A DNA stretch of 63,706 nucleotides, counting the filler, from Choristocarpus tenellus KU-1152 (Eukaryota; Protista; Phaeophyceae), in assembly GCA_964200185.2 (NCBI GenBank). It is 10 parts of 10 records of this genome, joined end to end, with 100 filler letters (N's around TTAATTAATTAA, not from the genome) between each part and the next. Parts side by side here need not be neighbours in the genome. Positions count along the whole stretch, not along the records: positions 36,138 to 47,185 come from CAXNAD020002545.1; positions 47,286 to 52,455 come from CAXNAD020011631.1; 8 more parts are not named here. One strand, written 5' to 3'. The notes beneath the pieces are model-generated. The model was not told where the DNA came from. It saw nothing but the letters and a program-made list of their open reading frames with translations, and searched no databases. A program made the translations under genes and the position numbers. Below are positions 37,122 through 51,399 of this stretch, one piece after another (position 1 is the stretch's first letter; the number at the start of each line of letters is the position of its first letter).

Positions 37122-40100
37122 GGAATGGGACTCAATGCGAGATCTCCTCAACACACTTGGGAAGACAGTCCTTGATGTTGGGAATTTTGGGATGCTTCTT
37201 GTGCTTTTCATGTATATATATGCGCTTGTGGGCCTCCAGTTCTTCGCCAACCGGTTCCACTTTGACAGTGAGGGCAGGGCAATTGGGATTGGTGAGGAAG
37301 GGTACTACACTGCAGATGTGCCTCGTTCAAATTTTGACAGTCTCGAGAATGCCTTCACTACAATCTTCCAGGTGAGTGTGCAATGCAGTTGGGCAGTTTT
37401 TGAACACAAGTGTGCAAGAAAGGCAATGTATGTAGCAAGTGTTTGCTACTAACAAGTGTTGTAGGTGATAGGACCAGCGTTAGCTCAAGAATAAGCCTTA
37501 ATAGTATAACTTGATGATTGTCACCTCTCTTTGATAGCAATATATCTTGATGCTGCCCCCCCTTTTTGACATGGTTTAGGACTATAGAACACTGCTTTAT
37601 CTCTTTTTCAACCTTGCAACTGTCCAGATTCTGTCTGGCGAGAACTGGAACACTGTAATGTACGATGGATGGAGGGCAACAAGCTGGATTAGCGTCTTCT
37701 ACTTCTTAAGTCTGATCATGGTTGGTATGATGATAATAATGAACCTCTTCCTCGCCATTCTGCTGTCAAATTTTACCAACAAGGAGGAGGGCGAAGTAGA
37801 GCCAGGAATGAACCCAAAGGTAGCTCCAAGCCCACCTGCCAAAAAAGGATCAGAATTGTTGACCCTAGCACACTCAGATGTAGCCCCTGCAAATAGCCCT
37901 GTGAGGAGTTTAGGAAGAGGCCGCAGCACTTTGGAAGCTTCTGGGGCGGACAGTGGCAGAGGTGGAGGTGGTTTTTGGGGCCCCAGGAGAGGGGAAAAGA
38001 TAGTGCCAGATCAACCAAAGCCAGGGAACGAGAAGGTGGTAGAGGAGGGTAATGTGGTAGAAAAGGGGAAGGGGTGGAAATCTGAAAAGGAAATAGGTGG
38101 GTCTTTTGACCGCACATGTGCAGCATTGCAAAGGGTCATTGAGGAGTCGTTGAGGGTCCCTGAGCTTGATCCAGGGAATGCCCTATTTGTGCTTGGCCCA
38201 GGTCATCCATTGCGGCGAACTTGTGCAGCAGTGGTTGCCAATTCGGCTTTTGATAAGATCATCCTCACTCTCATTTCGGTGAGCTCGGTGACATTAGCCA
38301 TAGACAACCCACTCACGAATCCAGAGTCAGACTTTGTGAAGATCCTGTCTGTCACAGATGTGGTGATGACAACACTATTCACCATTGAGATGGCCTTAAA
38401 GGTATTCGCTTGTGGGTTTGCTTTGATGCCTGGGGCCTATATGAGGAATTCGTGGAATGTCCTGGATTTTGTGGTCGTCTGCATCTCCATTGCAGGACTC
38501 TACGGTGGCTCATCTAACCTCAAGAGTCTTAGGTCCTTGCGAGCACTGCGGGCTCTTCGACCTCTGAGGTAGGGTTGGACACTCACCTACGTTTCTGATG
38601 TAATTTACAGTTAAACTTGGTGCCCTCCACCACTTGCAGTTTGTAGAATGCATGAATACATATTAACACTTTTTCAGGGGAACTCTGGGCTGAGAGGAAG
38701 TCCTGGTCTCACTATGGGGTCACATCCCTCTTCAAGTGCTTAGCTATGTTTGCTGTATTTGTATATATTTCATTTCTTCAAGAGCGATGAAATGCGGTCT
38801 CTGCTTGGTTCATTCCTCTGTCTCCCATTGTTGTCGTCCACAAATTTTACCACAATTCCACTTCCCTCTTACCCTACCACACCTCCTTCCATTATCTTCT
38901 CTACATACTATCCTATGCTTAGTCAAGATAATTTTTTTCTGACCTGTCACTGCCTTTCCCTAACCCAGGATGATCAACCGTGCACCAGGTTTGAAGATTG
39001 TGGTAAATGCCCTCTTTGCTGCGATACCTGATGTGCTTAATGTGGCAGCTGTTTGTTTCATGTTCTTTCTCATCTTCGCCATTCTTGGGGTTAACTACTT
39101 CAAGGGTGTGCTAATGTCCTGCCAGGGTGAAGAGTATGATGACCTCCATGCTAATATCACAAGCTTTATCACGAACCCTGTATCATGGGACAACATGGGG
39201 GCTTCAGATCGGGCGTGGTTTGGGCCACTAAGCAACGTCACAAAGGCTTTTAGTGTTGGTGGATATACAGCTGCTGACTGTGCTGAAAATGGTTGGCCCG
39301 ACTCTGCACCCTGCTGCCCTTTTTGGCCATCATTGTCGAGTGTTACCCCTACAAGCTTTGAGGTATGTAAGTGCCTCGGGTTGACTTGGGACAAGACAAT
39401 ACCTCAGCAGTTTGACAATGTCATTGAGGCACTGCTGACATTCTTTGAGATCTCCACTACAGAAGGGTGGGCAGATGTGATGTATGCTGCAGTGGATGCA
39501 ACAGAAGAAGACATGCAGCCAAAGCGGGATCACAACCTGCTACGTGTGTGGTTCTTCATGCTTTTTATGCTTGTTGGATCCTACCTTGTCATGAACCTTT
39601 TCGTCGGTGTCATTATTGACAACTTCAACAAGGTTAGTTTATGCTCTCAGTGATCAGCCAAGGGGTTTGAGGTGGGTGGATGGAAGCTTGGTCAGGAGCT
39701 GGACAAATGGTGAATTGTGCAGGGTTAGATTTTGAGGAGAATAATGCTGATCACTCAGGATGGTACTATGCCTACATCTTCTAACACTCAATCATGAGAT
39801 CAGAAGTGTTCCCCAGAAAGTTTGTGAGCACACTCTGAACTATACTCAGCAACAAATGTAGCAATGCACCACTTATTGGCCGCGAACAAAGGTGGAGACA
39901 CGGGAAGCAGCTGCATTGGCATGAAGAGTAAAACGGACCCTTCAATTCCATAGCCGTTTCATCAACTTTCACTTCCATTCGCTGCTTGCTGTCTACAGAC
40001 CTTTTGCTATTATGTTTCTTTTGTTATTTCCCAACCTGTGCTACTTCATTTTTCTTTTGCTATCACAACTAGGGTTGTGAATCGAAAGGATTGGTGAGTA

Positions 40101-42959
40101 CAAATTAAACCAACTCTGAAACATTCCAGTAGTTGATTGAGTTGAGGCGTGCGTGTAGTGCATGAGGCACGGCAAATGGAGTTCCGAGCACGGAGAGGCG
40201 TCATCAGGAAATTTCGAGGCGAGGCCCTGCGAGGAAATATATAGAACAGTACACGGTGTGCTCACATGCGAGAAAATACCCAACCAATCAAAAAAGGTTT
40301 TGGGAAAGATATCGTACCGGACATTTTTTTGTTAAACGGATCATGGCAATTGAGCCACTAAGGTCACAACCCTAAGAACAATCCTTTTCCATCCATGCTG
40401 ACCACCCCTCTTGCATCACCTCTCAGATGAAGTCAAAAGCAGAGGGAGGAGGTGTCCTTGTGACGGAGGAGCAGCAGTCCTGGATAAAGACCCAGCAAAT
40501 GACCCACCGGCTCAAGCCCCTCAAACGCATGATATCCCCAAAAAACCTTCCAGGTGCTTTGTGTTATAAGGTAGCACTCCACCCAAGTTTCGAGGGGGTA
40601 ATCATGGTGTGCATTACCGTCAACACTGTTGTGATGGCCATGCAGTACTTTGGTCAGGGAGATATCTACACAATGTGAGTATCAATATCAAATGTGGAAG
40701 AAACAAGGTTATCTTGGTCTGAAATGGGTCCACCTGGGGTTATGAGGGGGAAACGGAATGGGAAGTTAGAAAATGAATGAGTACGAATTTGAGTTGGAAG
40801 GAGATTGATAAAGGGGGGAGATGGGGAAGGATAATGTTCTCAGTAATCAACAAAGATTTGTTGCTGTTTTCCTGGTGTCCCCCAGATACTATTGTTGATG
40901 TGATGAAGCTTGAGCTGCTTGTGTGGAAAGAAATTACCCTTGAGGGAAATGGAGCAAATCTCAGTCTACTGCTTCAAAATCTCGCTGTTGTGGGAATCAT
41001 GACCATATGGTCCTCCAATCAGTAAGCTTGGGATATGGATTTAATTGATCAGGGTCTGTGTAGCAAAGCTTAAAGGAGGCATTCGAGGAAATGCAGAGTG
41101 TTGCACCATTTTCGTATTGAGCCTACTGATGCAGTGTTATTCTTTACCTGTTGCCAACTCATTCAGCCGAGATGCCCCTGGTACCCCTTTCAACAGGATT
41201 ACTGAATGTGCCAACTACACCTTTGCATTCATCTTCACATTAGAGGCGGTTATTAAGGCAAGTATCTAGCCCATTTCCTGCAACATATGACCAATATTAT
41301 CTTAGAGGGGGGGGTGTTTAGGGCATGTTGTCCTTTCGGGGCTTGAAGATGTGTTATATAATACCCCAGTTTGATGCCCCAGTTTGATGCCCCAGTTTGC
41401 TGGTGATTTTTCTTCGGATTTCGTTCTGGCAGGGGGATGGAGGAAACTGTAATTACATTTGACACGTTCACTCAGAGGACACGAAAATCACTACATGTTC
41501 ACACAGGGGCCTAATGGACGACTGACCCGCCCTCTAGGACACTATGGGTCTATTTTTGCGGGGGTGTCACTAGTAAATTTGATTACTGCTTGCACTGCCT
41601 GTGGTATCACTGTATCTATTAGAGGAAAAATATTGGTCCAAGAGCTTGAGAGGGTAGACCTTGAACGAAATTCAACATAGCCACATGCGTGTCCACCCCA
41701 TACACATGCCAGGCTTAAGTCACCACCCACCTTCCCTTAATCGCCACCAGCCTATCTATGTACTAAGTGGATTGCTATACATGCTCTCTGTGAGCCCTTG
41801 ATATAAAAAGGTAGTATACTATGATTTTGCCTTGATTTTGTGTCAAGTTCACGAGTTGTGCTTCACTTGAGAGTAACTACACAAACTCCATATTTAGTAC
41901 CATATATGTGCTGATACAATTAATATTTGCACATGCTACTTGAAAGTTATCCGAGAAATGAAAAAGACAATAGAAACATGTACAGTATGTGTTGCTACGA
42001 ACAAGGACACTTAGGTGAAATAAACGGCATGAAAAAAACGAAAGTATACCATCTTGGAACCTTCTTCACACAATAAATGCACTACCACAAATAACATCAT
42101 TTGGAGGGAAAACAAACTTCAAAACACAACATGCAGGTGGCTGCCTTTCGCTGGGCATACTTTGTGGATCCTTGGAACTGTTTTGACATGTTTATTGTAC
42201 TTGGCACCAATGCCGGTCTGGTTTTGCTATGGGTTACTGGGCTTAGCTACGGATCCATTGCCACCATTATCCGCACCTTTCGGATAGGCAGGGTGCTCCG
42301 CCTTGTCAGGGGACTAAAATCAATGTCCCAGCTATTCAACACGCTACTGCTCACCCTTCCATCTCTGGGGAACGTCGGTGCACTTCTGTTTCTCATATTT
42401 TTCATATATGCTGTGATGGGGGTGCAGCTCTTCTCTAAAGTGAGAATCGGGATTGGGATTGGGATTGGTGTTTAGGAAAACTTGGGCTTTGCATTTCTCC
42501 GTGGTAGGGAAGGTTGACCATATGCTGGGTTTGCACTGGGTGCTAGTCGAGGTTTTGATCAGAATTGATTCAGTTGCCATTAGAGAGGGGGATGGAATGT
42601 GATGAGTACTTGCGTGTGTTGCCTCTCTATATTCAAATGGTTATGATAAATTTTGCTGAGGTACATACCTGCAGTGCATGGCATGGGGCAGATGCCACAT
42701 GGAGGAGAAGGGCCTAGGAGAGGGGAGTCCTGGAAGGGGTAGAGACGGCAGAGGTGTTGTTGAAATAATCGCTCACATTGCCCATTATATTATTCCTAAC
42801 CTACCTTGTTGGTCATTGGAGATGTGGTAGTTGCTTCAATTACCTTCAACAGTATTGTCGGGCATTCCATCTGACTATTGCAGGAAGAGGGATATTGCGC
42901 CTCCTATTCTGTATAGAATAGGGTAATACAAGACCACAATGCCTATCGAGCCCCTTCTC

Positions 42960-42993
<34 letters not shown>

Positions 42994-44614
42994 AAGTCTT
43001 TTGTTTATGTTACCATTCTCCCTGCATAATATCTTCACTTGATCCCCACCATATTTCAAAACACACAGGTGGCCTTGAATGGTGCCCTAGACGAGCATGC
43101 CAACTTTCAGAACTTTTGGCGATCAATTGTGCTGCTTCTTCGCTTCAGCACAGGGGAGAACTGGAACGGATTCATGTATGACATGGCTGCTGATAGGGAG
43201 AACTGTGACTCGGACCCAGACTATGACAGCAGCATGTGTGGCTTCAATGATAGGCCAGGTTGCATCCCTCTAAATGGCTGTGGGAACTCCTCCATCTTCC
43301 CCTACATGATCAGGTATCAAGATTCAGAGTACTACTACTGCCACTTGCATCACCTCCCTTACACCACACAACACCCAATACTCCACTCCTCAGCTCTACA
43401 TCCTGCTTGAGTCCTGAACTGACTCTTTGACAAGCATGTACAATAAGACAAGAAGGACCAGTTCAAATGAACTGTTGCTTTTCGGTGAACCAATACTTGG
43501 ATGGCGAGAGTTTAGCACGAATAGTTGAACAGGAGGTGTAGATGGACGTACAACTATGATGTACAGCAGTATGTACCACTTGGACTCAGCAACTAGCTTT
43601 TACACAGTTTACAGTAACTCCACACATGTACCTTCAATGAGGCCAATTTCTGCAGGTCCCTTCAATTATAAAATAGAAAAAATTCAGGCAATAAATGAGA
43701 CCCACATCAAACATGAGTAGTCTCCTCTCACCCCCACCCACCCCTGCTGCTCTATTTTCTCCATTTCGTCGACACTAATAACATGTCTGATGGGGGTAAC
43801 TTCATTGTGAAGCTTTACCCTCACGGTGACATTTGTCTTCATGAACCTCTTTATTGGTGTCATTCTCGATGGGTTTGATGCTGCAAGCGCAAATGAGAAT
43901 GATATCATCAAGCTGGAGGACTTCAATATGTTGGCAGAGCACTGGGCAGAGTTTGATCCAAATGCAACATGCTTCATGTCTGTTTCGGTGAGGATGCAGT
44001 GGGAGATACACTTTGATGGGTGGGGTAAGACGCGGAGGCCAAAGGGGTCAAATGTGTTGCATATTTGAGTGGTACACGGAGAAGAGATGATGCCATGAAA
44101 AGAGTAAAATGGTGAGGAGGAAAGAATGAGGGAGAAAGCCAATTACATATGAAGCATATAGGATGGGATAAGAGGAGAGAGTGGGGGATGCATACTGGGA
44201 TATATTTTCAAAGGTCATGAAATCTGTGCAGGAAGATGCATGCAGGAGGGTGCTTTGGGTGAGTGAGTTTGCCACCAAGGTAGGAGATAAGCTGATCAAG
44301 AACAAAATCAACCCTTGCAGAACACAGGTGCTACCAACCACATTATTTATAGTTCCATCACCAGGAATCCCTTGAAACAGCCCACTTGGTCTCTGTGTGC
44401 TGATACCTTCTTTATTCCTTACCACATCCCTCCCTTCCTCACAATCACCTTTCTCCAACCTAATAATGCCATGTAGGACCTGCAGGATTTCCTGCAGAGT
44501 CTGTTATTCCCTTGGGGTTTTGGGGAAGGGTACCAGGCATCCACAAGGGAGATACGTCGGCGTATCCAGCGGCTTAATTTGCACATTTTTGAGGGGAACA
44601 GGGTCCACTTCAAG
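37122..44614 (+). CDS. Four-domain voltage-gated cation channel (Cav/Nav family) alpha subunit, domain II to C-terminus, partial
   Basis: Exons 37122-37371, 37628-38568, 38969-39632, 40427-40674, 41197-41257, 42137-42439, 43069-43313, 43813-43987, 44477-44614. S4 segments LRSLRALRALRPLR and IRTFRIGRVLRLVR. Pore loops ILSGENW, STTEGW and STGENW. S6 MNLFVGVIIDNF. EF-hand-like WAEFDPNAT. Confidence 0.96.
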
Positions 44615-47600
44615 GTATCCATCTATTTCCCTCTATAGATATCAAACCTGCACTTTTTGAAGCCCAATGGCACAGAGTGCAGTGGTAAGATCTAAGCATT
44701 TACATGTATTAGAGTGAAGACAGGTCCCGTTGACAAAAGGACATGAAGCCAAGATATTGGATTGCATTTGCACTCCATGTATGAATTATATTCAAAGAAG
44801 TTCAGGGAGAGGTTTGTACCTCAGAGACGATGGGTTATATACACCAAGGATGGATATACACTAGCAGTAGATGTATGTACGCGATGGAAGTATTTATCCC
44901 CTTGTGGCGTTTAAATAGTTAGTCTTTTGAATTGCCCTGCAAAAAGTTGTATACTCTGAGATTATAAGATCCAGCATAGTTGTTGCTGGATACATTTCTC
45001 ATTACTCTGTCTCTATCACGGTAAAGATACCATGCTACCAATGTTAGTGGCCAGTATTACAGTGTTCATAGATCAAGCCACACACACCACTTCTCCATCC
45101 CCAACAATGCAAAGTGCAGAATGTGATGAAGTATGGCACCTGTCATGTTTCATTTTTGTACCCTTGAGCCATTTATTGTATCAAAAACTTGTACTCTCGA
45201 GTAATTTCTAGTGCCTTTGACCTAGTTCTCTATCTTGAAACCCAACTTCACATGGCCTAAATGAATAAGCTATCAAGGTACCCCAGAGCTGCTCTGAATA
45301 GATTTGGGATTTTCTGAGGGGTGGTGCCCTCCTCTCTTTCTTAACGTGTATGTTTGTCACCTCTTCACCACACCTGACCCCTCTAAGAGCAAAATGTGTG
45401 GTATGATGTTGCTTGTCGATTTCAGATGATTGCTAGTACGTAGCATACCGTTAACAAGAGATAGGGCGCATGGGGGGGGTATAATGTATAGTAATGCTCT
45501 AAGACCTTTTTTTTCACTGGTCTAGCCTTTCTAGACACTTCAATGAAAATGTGCAAGTTCAAAGTCAAAGTACCCAGAACTCCGAAGTATGTATTATTGT
45601 AACACGATTTTCGTAGGTAGCCTCAGGGCGTTTTGTGCTGTTGTATACAATGCTAGTGCTTCTATGCCCAATACCTGCATGGTTCCCTTGGTTATGTTCA
45701 AATGAATGTACCTGGTAGATGGAAGTCCCGGGCTAGTCGTCTTATTTCTCTAGTGACACTAATGTGTTGCATATACACAGACCATCAAAGGCCATCCATG
45801 CTGTACCACCGACTTCACCGAAACTCAAATTAAATCACTGCTGTGGCACATCGACCAATGAACAACTACTTTGGCATAGATAGGGACCACTCTTGATTGA
45901 CACACACGCATACTGTTGCACTCCATTTGATCTTATTGGAGTCAGCTCAGATCACTACCCCATCATGTTGCACTTCCAACTTCTTATGATATAAGGGGTG
46001 AATTCACTGACTGAGGAATACTGTCATAGTGTTTCAATTGTGCACAAAAAAAACGAGTCTGATGTGGCGTACATTTCATAACTAATTATGTTCTGTGGAG
46101 TAGAACTAAAAGTATACATGTAGCTGGTACAGAAATGATTGGAAATGACATCGGCGATTTTGCTTTGGGTGTTGGGGCTGTCATCAACACCATCTGGAAT
46201 GATGTTGCCTTTCTAGGATGTTTTTGGTCCAATCTTCCTTGTATCGCCATCAAAAAGTGTTAATCTGATCAGAACAGCACGTGGCAAGAAACTACACCAA
46301 TGCAAACAAGACACCAGATAATACATCATCTTTTTACTGTACCACCAGAGTCCTAGATTAGAACGACTGGGTGTGGTTGTCACTCCCCTTACACAATATG
46401 CCCTCCTTAAATCATGGTGATACAGAGAACTTCAACATATCTAAGAAGGTCTTACAGTACTGCTGGAGTTGCATATTTGAGATGGTGCTAATCAGTACAG
46501 TAGACAAGACCACAATTTGGCTCTGAGAAGTTTGTTGCACTAATGCAGTAGCAATTTTGCAGGACAGTGGAAGTAAGAGATTCCCAAGATAAAAACGTTA
46601 GTCAATTAGGCTGCCGACTATTGTTGCGTTGTGAAGGCAATGTCTGGATGGGGGAACAATACCAAGAGTTGGTCAGGCCCACTATTCCAGACTTTTCATT
46701 GTGATAATGTACACGTCTTGACGTATATCACAAAGAATCCTGGGCAATTGGGTGTTATATGTGCACTGAAGTCAGGTACTTCTGTGAAGCTTAGAACAGT
46801 GTTGTGATTAAATGTAGGCGCTCCAGAGCTTTAAGATGGGAGATTCCTCCACCTAAGTAGAAGACGTCTTAGTTCTTCAGTGCACCAACTTGAATGCACT
46901 ACCCAAGCATACATAATAATGTAATGCTATTCCTTTTGACCTCGGTCAATATGTGAGGGAACGTCTGCTAATATTTCAAGCTCTAGCTCCAAAATCGAAA
47001 TGGGAATCATGTTTATATGAACACATGCCTAAGGTGTGCAAACCGTTGCAATATTAAGTTTTCGTCTTGTTTTTTGGCTTTGCCACCAAAACATTGACGG
47101 GGGGGGGGGGGGGGGGGGGGGGGCGTTCAATAATAAAAAATAAGAGAAGAAGAAAAAAAATTTTTTTTTTTTTTTTCTTCTCTTTNNNNNNNNNNNNNNN
47201 NNNNNNNNNNNNNNNNNNNNNNNNNNNNNTTAATTAATTAANNNNNNNNNNNNNNNNNNNNNNNNNNNNNNNNNNNNNNNNNNNNCCACCCCATTCTGTC
47301 TAAGATCGAATTCTTCATCCCAAACATCTTTTTTTTTTTTTGACATGAGAACAGGAATAGAACAATAAAATAACGCTAGCTTTTACCCTCCATCCATGCA
47401 AGCACTCCCCCCCAAAATATTGCTCAATCCTCTCTTTGATCCTAGGAGCCAATTTCTCGCTGTGCCACTCTTTCCAATAAATGTAGCCTAAGACATTTCT
47501 TTGGAATGATCTATGTTACAACAAACATACCCAAACATACTATGTTACAGCAACAAAAAGGCACTTCGGTGGCATAGCATACTATGTATTCATCTCTCCT

Positions 47601-50600
47601 TAAGTAGAACCATGCGTTGCCATGGCAATACTCAGGTTTCACAATCAGGATTAAATGTAATAGTCCTTGAAACAATGACAACAGATGGCTCAACAGCCAT
47701 GTGGACCTCTGTGTTTCAACCACCCATGACTTCATCCAAGCCAGTCAACAAGCTATAAATTGTGAAAAATGATGAAGCACAGTCACCCGCCCATTCCATC
47801 ATCACAAAACATATCTTCGAGGAGATTAATCCCCCAACTCACTCAAAACTATATATAGCATCAACTACTAGTTTGGACCACTGTCAAATGTTAGGGAAGT
47901 CCCATGTCTCCTCTGAGTGAGAACACATAAATTTGCACGCAATCCTAACGATTGCAGAATGAATACTGGGCGTTGATTGAAACCATCTAAACTAAGAGGA
48001 GGGTTGATTTTGGTCATTTAGAGTTTTAAGACCTTTTCGAACCTTGAGGAATATACACCATGCCCCCACCTGAAACGCAGCCGACCTCCGCTGGGAGGGT
48101 GTATCAGCAAGAAGGAAAGAAACAGGCATTAAAACAAAGCCAGTACAAATATTCACTGTCCTGGGGAGAAAAAAAAATGTACCACAAGGTAGTCATGGGG
48201 GGTCATTAAACATCATTAAAAAACTTACGACCCTCCCCCTCTTAGATTGTATGCCTCCATTGTAAACTCCCGTTATGTCTGAAAAAAAAAATGGCATTGC
48301 TATCATAACCACCATCATGTTGGTAGGCTCCCTCAACTGCTATATCACCGTAGCCACCTACACCCCCTGCCTTGATACAGTGGAAGACGTAGAAACAAAC
48401 AAGAACCGAAATCGGGTGTGTATCCAACCCTGACAAAATCAGCCCCTTACATGCACAACAAGTCTCTCAGTCAGTTCTCTGAAAATAAAGAAAAAGCAGA
48501 CCTGGTCGTCATCTTTTTGCACACCCAACACTTTGTGAGGTATCGTCCGATTTTGTACGCTGAGGGAATAACAGTTTGGCATCAAAGAGCATCTCCAGTT
48601 CGCTGAGAGGGGTGTGCAGTATGGACTTGGCCTTCGAGATACCCATAACATATGCAGTCGTGGCACTTCCCTGACTTAAGATTCCTACCACCTGGTGACA
48701 GTTTATTTCCGGTTGGATAGTTGTGTCAAGATTATAGAGGAGGGAGGGCGTCTGGTATACACAAAGAGCAGAGCAACACTTTGACCAGTGGAATTGCCTA
48801 CTGTCCACCACTCCCTGGGATGCATTCAATCTGCAACCTCCCAGTACAAATTGTTCCTTTCATCCTAGCATAAATCACTTCTATTATTATCAATAGAATA
48901 ACCAAGAAGGATATATATATATATATATAAATGTAGTGATAGGCACTCATGTTCATACAGATGAGTAGCAATCACAACTAGCATCGATGATCAACATTGA
49001 TAATAATATTCTAATCACTAGAGCTTTGTATCAGAACCTTGTTGCCAGCACAATAATATGTAATATGGTACATCTTCAACATTCACTGACTTACTGTTTT
49101 TGTACCCTACAGCAGAAGTTTACCTGGCCACGATAGTCCACAATGGGTCCCCCACTTGCACCAGGCTCGGTGGACATATTGACCTTAAAATGGCGTTAAG
49201 TTGTCAAAAAGCAACACACGACAAGAGAGCAAAGAAACGTGCCATAGTGGGCCAGAAAAAAGGGGTTCACATATTATTGCAGGCATCTGTTACCCTGAAA
49301 TGATTAAATAATGACATTGAGTATTGGTACACACATTGCTTTATTTCAAGGGGTGATAAGAAACAAATCATTCCCTTGAGGTTGGTTACATATTCTTCAA
49401 ATATATAAAAATAAATAAATAGATCTTCTAGAGACTGCATATACTTTGGAGGGAGGGGTCTTGATTGAAACACTTGCAGAAGTAGATAGCTATGCAAACT
49501 GAATGGAACCTCACAAAACACAACGACTCAATACAGAAAAGACACGAAGACATAGAAGAAATTAGGTCTTTTTATCAGCCTGGCAAATGCAAAGGGTTCA
49601 GTCAGTGGGTCGGACCGGTTCCGATATTTTCTGATGTATCCTAGACCAGGTCCGTCAGAGATTGTTTCCTGAACTGGCCACTGCCTGAACTTTGGTCAAC
49701 ATGGAACATAAACAGTGGACCGTAAGAAGACAACCCAGTCTAATCTCAAAAGTTTCTTTCACAACACAGGGTGGCTGAACGAATATATGAAAAAACAACT
49801 TTTACCTTTATTCCCACATGTATTTGGGATAACTATGTAAATGTTTTTGACTGGGCCGGGCAGGTAATTTCTTCTTTAAAAATCCATGAGTGTAAACCTA
49901 TTTCAAAATGGAAGGGCCATGGGCTGGCCCGGAACCAATACATTCCTAAGAGCCGGTCCTTGGCCATAAACTGTTTCATCCTGTCCAGGACACAGGCTCG
50001 CTGGCGGCCATGAACAACTGCCGAAAGGTTCCATTGAAAGATGTTTACAAGAGATATAAATATAGATGTACACATAGAAAAACAAAAAAAAAGTAATGTG
50101 ATTATAAGACAGCAACTTATTCAAGTCATCTCATTTGTACTATTGTGTAGTGTATTATCATAGTGGGAAGTAGTAACGATGATTTTCATTTTGGTTTCTA
50201 CACACTTTCTTAAAGTTTCATTTTTTGCGATTTTTTGTTGTTGTTAAATTGGTCACTTCTAATTGCAACTGTGTCATTTGTGACTGTAGCCCTAACGCTA
50301 AATCCACAGGTGTGTCGCCAGCGTGAATTGCACGATTCTGTGGTGGAGTGGTTAACTCAGGCAAGGGTGGTTAAGAGTACCACCGGGAAAGATGGACTGA
50401 GACGAACCGTAACCGAGAGGACGAGGTGAAGGTTGGACAAGTGGAAGAGTGCAAGGACTTGCAGGAAAATGTGTAGTGATGAGAATCTTACAAGAGGAGG
50501 ATCATCACAAAAGTCAAGACGTACAAGGATAATCTTTGATGTGTGACATCTTGGGTTGAAGAGATAGATGTCCACTACTTGTGGGGCTGATCTCTAGAAA

Positions 50601-50711
50601 AGACTCCACGCCTCAATGCCACATAGATCCTCCACTGGAAATCGGGATTGCTGACAAGGAATCTCGATTGGTATGATGATGTACAGCACATGGTAATAAC
50701 GGTGTAACAAC

Positions 50712-50800
50712 AGACAAAACAGACAAAACTGACAAAACAGATAAAACTGACAAAACAGACAAAACTGACAAAACAGACAAAACAGACAAAACAGACAAAC
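50712..50800. repeat. 9-bp tandem repeat GACAAAAC(A/T), about 10 copies
   Basis: Seen directly. Confidence 0.9.
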
Positions 50801-51022
50801 CTACTATCCACAAGTCCAATATATGGTGCATGCTTTTGACAAAGTAGTTGGGTGAAAGCTTACGACTTCAGTTTCAAGTCGGTGTAACACTTGACAAATA
50901 TTCAACTGTTGGTGAAGGGGAGAGCCCTTTTTACAAGTCCTGATAGTTCTCTTCTTTTCAGAGGTTGCGCAAGGAAAGTGAGGAATACCATACTTGGTTT
51001 GCAGAGACCCATTGTATCCTAG

Positions 51023-51069
<47 letters not shown>

Positions 51070-51399
51070 CGGTGTCCATTCCGGCCCTGTGTAGGCCTGT
51101 AGTGATTTTCTGTTATCTGAGTGAATGTGTCAGATGTAACGGCAATCTTCATCTGAACACACCTTCCTTTTCCACCCCCTTGCATGAATCAAATTTGAAG
51201 GAAAGTCACCCATGTAGTCGGCATCAAACTGGGGTATCCTCCGTAACCCCATCAAGCCCCGAATGGACAACCTGGGCTACACACACATCCCTCTAAGATA
51301 CTATAGGCCAGAGAGGACTATGCACAGAAACCTGTCCAGGGCGATTCTTGAGAATCAAAACCAATCAAGAGTTATTGGCGGCCATAACAAGGAATGCCT

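Noticed and set aside
48242-48830. Possible gene on the minus strand
   Set aside because: No recognisable motif or consistent exon chain could be built.
50575-51296. ORFs with FVCFVC, VLSVLS, HTHTHT or CVCVCV repeats
   Set aside because: Translations of a 9-bp minisatellite and a (GT)n microsatellite.
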